DNA of 64,000 bases from contig CATNEN010000005.1 in NCBI GenBank assembly GCA_950097015.1, positions 3,720,001 to 3,784,000 of the forward strand. Reading direction: 5' to 3'. Position 1 is the first letter of the stretch. Each line of letters starts with the position of its first letter. Below the pieces are notes generated by a model, which saw only the letters and a list, made by a program, of their open reading frames with translations, was not told the origin of the DNA and ran no database searches. Origin of the DNA: Macrostomum hystrix. Its lineage: Eukaryota; Animalia; Platyhelminthes. This document shows, piece after piece, positions 58,115-64,000 of this stretch. The translations under genes were made by a program, and so were the position numbers.

Positions 58115-61100
58115 TCAAAATCGTTTGAGCAGATTCTCTAAGCGTTTCATTCGACCGCCCTCCTCAGTGGCGGCCGCCCCAGCCGCCGCAGTCGATTGAT
58201 CGCTGAGAGATCCTGGCGACTTGTCGCCGCCATAACTACCCGGCGATTTAGAACGGCCAGCGCTGGATGCCGAGGCTGAGCTGGCTGCGGCTGCGGCTGC
58301 CGACAGACTAGCACCGGAAGGCGACGGCCTCAGAACGGCATCGTTCGGTTTGGCAGCCCGATAGGCGTCAATCAAGGCCATCTGTTCTGATCGTTTGACA
58401 CCCTTCATGTCTAACACTTTTTGATATTCGGTCAGATCCGACTCTGGCAGCAGGCGACAGAAACTGTCAACGAAGGCCTGGTGATTCGTGTGCTCCGAGA
58501 GGACAACCTGCCGTTTTTTGGCAAATTTTGGGATTTATTAAGTACATAATGTGGATTAGTAATGGGATAGAAAACTCAAATTATCGATCTGGGGACAAGA
58601 CTCAAAAAGGATCTGGTCATAAATAAGACTCAGATTAATAATCTGGGGATAAATAATACTAAAATTAAGGATCTGGTCATAAACAAGACTCAAATTAAGG
58701 ATCTGGGGATAAATAAGACTCAAATTAAGGATCTGGTCATTAATAAGACTCAAAAAAGGATCTGGGATAAATAAGACTCAAATTAAGGATCTGGGGATAA
58801 ATAAGACTCAAATTAAGGATCTGGTCATAAACAAGACTACATTAAGGATCTGGGGATAATAAGACTCAAATTAAGGATCTGGTCATAAATAAGACTCAAA
58901 AAAGGATCTGGGATAAATAAGACTCAAATTAAGGATCTGGTCATAAACAAGACTACATTAAGGATCTGGGGATAATAAGACTCAAATTAAGGATCTGGTC
59001 ATAAATAAGACTCAAAAAAGGATCTGGGATAAATAAGACTCAAATTAAGGATCTGGTCATAAATAAGACTCAAAAAGGATCTGGGATAAATAAGACTCAA
59101 ATTAAGGATCTGGGGATAAATAAGACTCACATTAAAGATCTGGGATATTTAAGACTCAAAATAAGGATCTGGGGATAAATAAGACTCACATTAAGGATCT
59201 GGTCATAAATAAGACTCAAATATAGGATCTGGGGATAAATAAGACTCAAATTAAGGATCTGGGGATAAATAAGACTCAAATTAAGGATCTGGGGATAAAT
59301 AAGACTCAAATATAGGATCTGGGGATAAATAAGACTCAAATTAAGGATCTGGGGATAAATAAGACTCAAATATAGGATCTGGGGATAAATAAGACTCACA
59401 TTAAGGATCTGGTCATAAATAAGACTCAAATATAGGATCTGGGGATATTTAAGACTCAAAATAAGGATCTGGGGATAAATAAGACTCACATTAAGGATCT
59501 GGTCATAAATAAGACTCAAATATAGGATCTGGGGATAAATAAGACTCAAATTAAGGATCTGGGGATAAATAAGACTCAAATTAAGGATCTGGGGATAAAT
59601 AAGACTCAAATATAGGATCTGGGGATAAATAAGACTCAAATTAAGGATCTGGGGATAAATAAGACTCAAATATAGGATCTGGGGATAAATAAGACTCACA
59701 TTAAGGATCTGGTCATAAATAAGACTCAAATATAGGATCTGGGATATTTAAGACTCAAAATAAGGATCTGGGGATAAATAAGACTCACATTAAGGATCTG
59801 GTCATAAATAAGACTCAAATATAGGATCTGGGGATAAATAAGACTCAAATTAAGGATCTGGGGATAAATAAGACTCAAATTAAGGATCTGGGGATAAATA
59901 AGACTCAAATATAGGATCTGGGGATAAATAAGACTCAAATTAAGGATCTGGGGATAAATAAGACTCAAATATAGGATCTGGGGATAAATAAGACTCAAAT
60001 TAAGGATCTGGGGATAAATAAGACTCACATTAAGGATCTGAAGAAAACCTACTCAAACTAAGAATCTGTGAATGCTAAGCTAACCAATCTCAATCTGACC
60101 TTCATGAGCATCTCAGCCTTAGTCATCTCGGTGACAACCAGTTTAGTAAAAGCTGCTGGCGGCTTCCGTTGCAACGGGCTAGCCAGACTAGGCAGCGACA
60201 GTAGCAAGGTCTTCAACGAGTGAGTATCCAACAGCAGCTGCTCAGCTCCCACCGTGGACACGGGCCGGCATTTGAACAGGGCCGATCGAAATTTCGGCGC
60301 GAATGCGGACACAAATTTGCTGCAGAACTGGGTGAAATATTTCCTGGAACTCGCCAGACCGTCGCGAATAACTGGCACATTGGTGCTTAGGTGAGATCCG
60401 ATGCTGCTAACATAGGGACTCTGGTCTCCAACAGCTTCAACTGTGTTCCAGGACATCTTCTGCATGGCTGCCAGAGCCGGCTCGCATGCGGATTCAACAT
60501 CGCTGACTAGCAGCTGAACGCAGGCGTTGATTACCTGAACGGTTTTTAGAGATCTTCTGAAGTCACAGAAAAATAACCTGAAGATCACCTGAAGTCACAC
60601 AAAACTAACCTGAAGATCTCCTGAAGTCACAGAAAACAAACCTAAAGATCTCCTGAGGTCACAGAAAACTAACCTGAAGATTCCCTGAAGTCACGGAAAA
60701 CGAACCTGAAAATTCCCTGAAGTCACACGAAACTAAACTGAAGATTCCCTGAATTCACGGAAAACTAACCTGAAGATTCCCTGAAGTCACACGAAACTAA
60801 CCTGAAGATCTCCTGAAGTCACACGAAACTAAAGTGAAGATCCCCTGAAGTCACACGAAACTAACCTGAAATCTCATGAAGCCACAGAAAATGAACCTGA
60901 AGATCTCCTGAGGTCACAGAAAACTAACCTGAAAATCCCCTGAAGTCACACGAAACTAACCTGCAGATCTCTAAAAGTCGCAGAAAATTAACCTGAAGAT
61001 TACCTGAAGTAACGGAAAACTAATTTGAAGATCTCCTGAAGTCATACGAAACTAAACTGCAGATCTCCTGAAGTCACAGAAAACGAACCTGAAGATCCCC

Positions 61101-63673
61101 TGAAGTCACACAAACCTAACCGAAAAATCACCTGAAGTCACAGAAAACTAAAAACCGAAGATCTACAGACCTAGCCTAAAGTTCTCTAAAAGACATAAAA
61201 ACTAACCTGAACATAAAGTCAGTTAAATAGGCGAATCAATCAGGAAATCTCTAAAAACTAACCGAATAAAAATTGTCCCTCTCGCTGCGCAGATCCACCT
61301 GACCGGCCAGTTGTTGACTAATGCGCTCCTTCAACTTATCCTCCAATTGTTTTGTAGTCTCCAGGCAGTACTCGGCAGTGCAGATGACAACGCACACTCT
61401 AGACAAATCTTCGCCAGATAATTTAGTAGACTCGCTGAAGAATGCACCGCCAACACCGCCAGACAGCATCAGCTCTCTGAATAGGTCCTTGGCTGATTGG
61501 GCATTTCTGCCGCCAGTTGGCAAACTGCCAAGCAGGATCCTATTGGCGTACTCGCGCAGGTATTTGGCAAATACGCGAGCCAATTGCAGCATGGGCTGGG
61601 CTGGCGAAAGCTTGGCGCAGGTCTTTAGCGAGTTCTTGTACACCTGATTTTTGGGGGAATAAAAATTTCTGCGATTTTTACAACAAATTTAAGACTCTAA
61701 AAATGCTGTACAATACGAGCGTAGTTATAAAATCTCACTTGTCTCTCTTGGCCCATTATCTAAATCTCAAAATCGAAATCTGCTGTCTTATCTACTTCCT
61801 TCTATCTTATCTACTCTGTAAATAAAATGTAATCTCACTCATTGTCTATCTAAATATCAACACTTTATTTTTATCTGACTAAATCGCATCCTAATCTGTC
61901 TTAATCTCAAACCAAATCTGTCTAAATCTCACCATTTTAACCGTCTGAATCTCGATAGTCTCTTGAAAACTCACAATTTTCAATATGATAGAATAGAGAC
62001 AATTAGATTATCTCTTTAAATCTCACCTTTAATCTTTCAAAATCTCACCCTTAATCTATCTAAATCTCACCCTTAATCTCTCTAATTCTCACTCTTATCA
62101 CTCTGAATCTCACTATAATCTCTCCAAATCTCACTCTAATCTCTCCAAATTTCACTCTTTTCGCTCTAAATCTCACTTTTATTTCTCTAAATCTCACTCT
62201 TATCACTCTAAGTCTCACTCGCGTGCTTCTAGCTCACCTATTGTCTCTAAAAATCCAACTGTATTAGTACTCAAATTCTAGCTTCTGTCCTTCTACATCT
62301 CACCTATTCGTATCAGTTGAAAAATCTTAAACCCATCTCTGATTGAAATCTCACCAATAGACTCAGCTCAGTGAACCAAAGCAGCTACAAAGAATTGAAA
62401 GCAGATCCAAGTCAATAATCTCACCATGAACAGGTCAGCACAGCTAGGCAGCAGTTCAGCTCCTCGCTCCAACGGACAAGTGACATCCTGAGCCCAGCGT
62501 TGAAGCATTTCAGCCAGGCTCCGATCAACCGACTCAGTGTACAGGCCGAGATGAGGCGCGAAGCATTGAGAGATTGCGCCGGTAAACATGTGCTCAGCTC
62601 CCGAGGTAGCAACCGCTGACGACTCACCGGTTGTCGAGACTGTCGCGGGAGTTGATGGCTCCTCTTTTTCTTTGAAAGCAGCAACCACCTGAAGTACCAT
62701 GATAGAGATGAGAATAAGATAGTTGAGACTAGATTTTGCCTAGCTATAGATTGGGATCTATATGGAGACAAGATTTTATAGTAGAGAGTATATTAGATGA
62801 AAGAAAGTAGATTAGATAGAAGAGAGTAGATTTGATAGAAGAGATTAGATTAGATAGAAGAGAGTAGATTAGATAGAAGAGATTAGATTTGATCGAAGAG
62901 AGTATATTTGATAGAAGAGAGTAGATTACATGGAAGAGATTAGATTAGATGGAATAGAGTAGATTTGATAGAAGAGAGTAGATTACATGGAAGAGAGTAG
63001 ATTTGATAGAAGAGATTAGATTAGATAGAAGAGAGTAGATTAGATAGAAAAGAGTAGATTTGATAGAAGAGAGTCGATTAGATAGAAGAGAGTAGATTAC
63101 ATGGAAGAGATTAGATTAGATGGAAGAGATTAGATTACAAGGAAGAGATTAGATTAGATAGAAGAGAGTAGATTAGATAGAAGAGAGTAGATTACATGGA
63201 AGAGATTAGATTAGAAGAAAGAGAGTAGATTAGATGGAAGATATTAGATTAGATGGAAGCGATTAGATTAGATGGAAGAGATTATATTAGATAGAAGAGA
63301 GTAGATTACATGGAAGAGATTAGATTAGATGGAAGAGAGTAGATTAGATAGAAGAGAGTAGATTAGATGGAAGAGAGTAGATTAGACAGAATAGATAAGT
63401 ACTCGTATATCTATCTAGTACCATGATACTAGATAGTTAATAAAATCATACCTGCTCCTCAAACAGTCGAGTCCTTTCAACAGCAAACAGCAACAATTTA
63501 ACGTCCAATTCTTTGGCTCGCTTCTGCATCAGACTGGCTAGTTGGGTTCTGGTGATGTCGCAAAATTCTTTCACTAGACGCTGAGTAACTCGCCATTTGG
63601 TAGGGAACAATCGGGCGTAGCGCTCTTCAAAGCTGAGAACAAACTTCTTCATCCAACCGAAGCGGCTGTCAAT
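58115..63673 (-). CDS. VPS53: GARP/EARP complex subunit VPS53, 3' five exons (63673-63452, 62688-62425, 61643-61263, 60534-60100, 58507-58115); 5' part beyond the window
   Basis: [10 protein letters not shown]...FP..W...EFCDITR...[11 protein letters not shown]; LPSCADLFM; KYLREYA..IL; VGDQSPYV...[10 protein letters not shown]...[13 protein letters not shown]; [11 protein letters not shown]. All introns are phase 0 with GT-AG. Confidence 0.95.
58575..60040. repeat. 30-bp minisatellite AAATAAGACTCAAATTAAGGATCTGGGGAT in the last VPS53 intron
   Basis: About 48 units with a 300-bp higher-order period. Confidence 0.95.
60555..61210. repeat. ~32-bp degenerate repeat AACCTGAAGATCCCCTGAAGTCACACGAAACT
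   Basis: About 19 units filling a VPS53 intron. Confidence 0.88.
62770..63390. repeat. ~20-bp purine-rich repeat GATTAGATAGAAGAGAGTA
   Basis: Direct reading. Confidence 0.9.
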
Positions 63674-63699
63674 CTGAATGATTGGTATTGTTGGGTCAT

Positions 63700-63935
63700 A
63701 GACTGTCAAATGATCGATTTGTGGGGTCATGGACTGTCAAATTATCTATTTGTGGAGTCTTGAACTTTAAATGATCGATTTGTGGAGTCATAGACTGTCA
63801 AATGATCGATTGCTGCGGTCATAGACTGTCAAATGATCTATTTGTGAAGTCATTAACTGTCAAATGATCTATTTGTAGAGTCATAAACTGTTAAACGATT
63901 TGTAGAGTAATAGACTGTTAAATGATCGATTGCTG
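63700..63935. repeat. 31-bp repeat ATAGACTGTCAAATGATCGATTTGTGGAGTC
   Basis: About 7 imperfect units. Confidence 0.85.
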
Positions 63936-64000
63936 CGAGCTTTCATATTATCTTAAATGTTATTATTACCTTAAGTAATAATTGCTAACTACACAAAAAA

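Noticed and set aside
59127-60028. LSLIYPQIL repeat proteins
   Set aside because: 30-bp array within a clean GT-AG VPS53 intron; an in-frame stop separates it from the upstream exon.

Overview
Eukaryotic (metazoan) genomic DNA with GC-rich, Ala/Gly/Gln-rich exons and AT-rich introns packed with minisatellites; by hand count about 27 kb (~40%) of the window is tandem repeat. The style suggests a free-living flatworm such as Macrostomum, but this is inference only. Genes assembled by hand from splice sites: last exon of an NHL-repeat (TRIM2/3/71-like) gene (+); a two-exon invertebrate claudin (-); a tandem pair of secreted WSC + PAN/Apple-like genes (+; copy 2 disrupted); a ~21-exon MEGF6 orthologue spanning ~27 kb (-); an orphan single-pass membrane protein with poly-Q/poly-G (-); SHQ1 (-, 4 exons); and the 3' part of VPS53 (-). 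Mobile DNA includes a Mutator-like MITE with a 9-bp TSD, a second inverted-repeat element, a CORE-type SINE family and a second tRNA-headed SINE family with an (ATT)n tail. Best leads: (1) a hypervariable, mostly non-synonymous patch in the otherwise near-identical WSC-PAN duplicates; (2) a 3' splice acceptor 0-29 nt before the ATG of every gene whose start is visible, suggesting spliced-leader trans-splicing and possibly a VPS53-SHQ1 operon; (3) an SHQ1 last-intron minisatellite that reads in frame as a ~70-His tail; (4) an intron made almost entirely of ~42 AP-1 sites; (5) the orphan membrane protein. Most long ORFs in the track are repeat artefacts. All coordinates and counts were read by eye.
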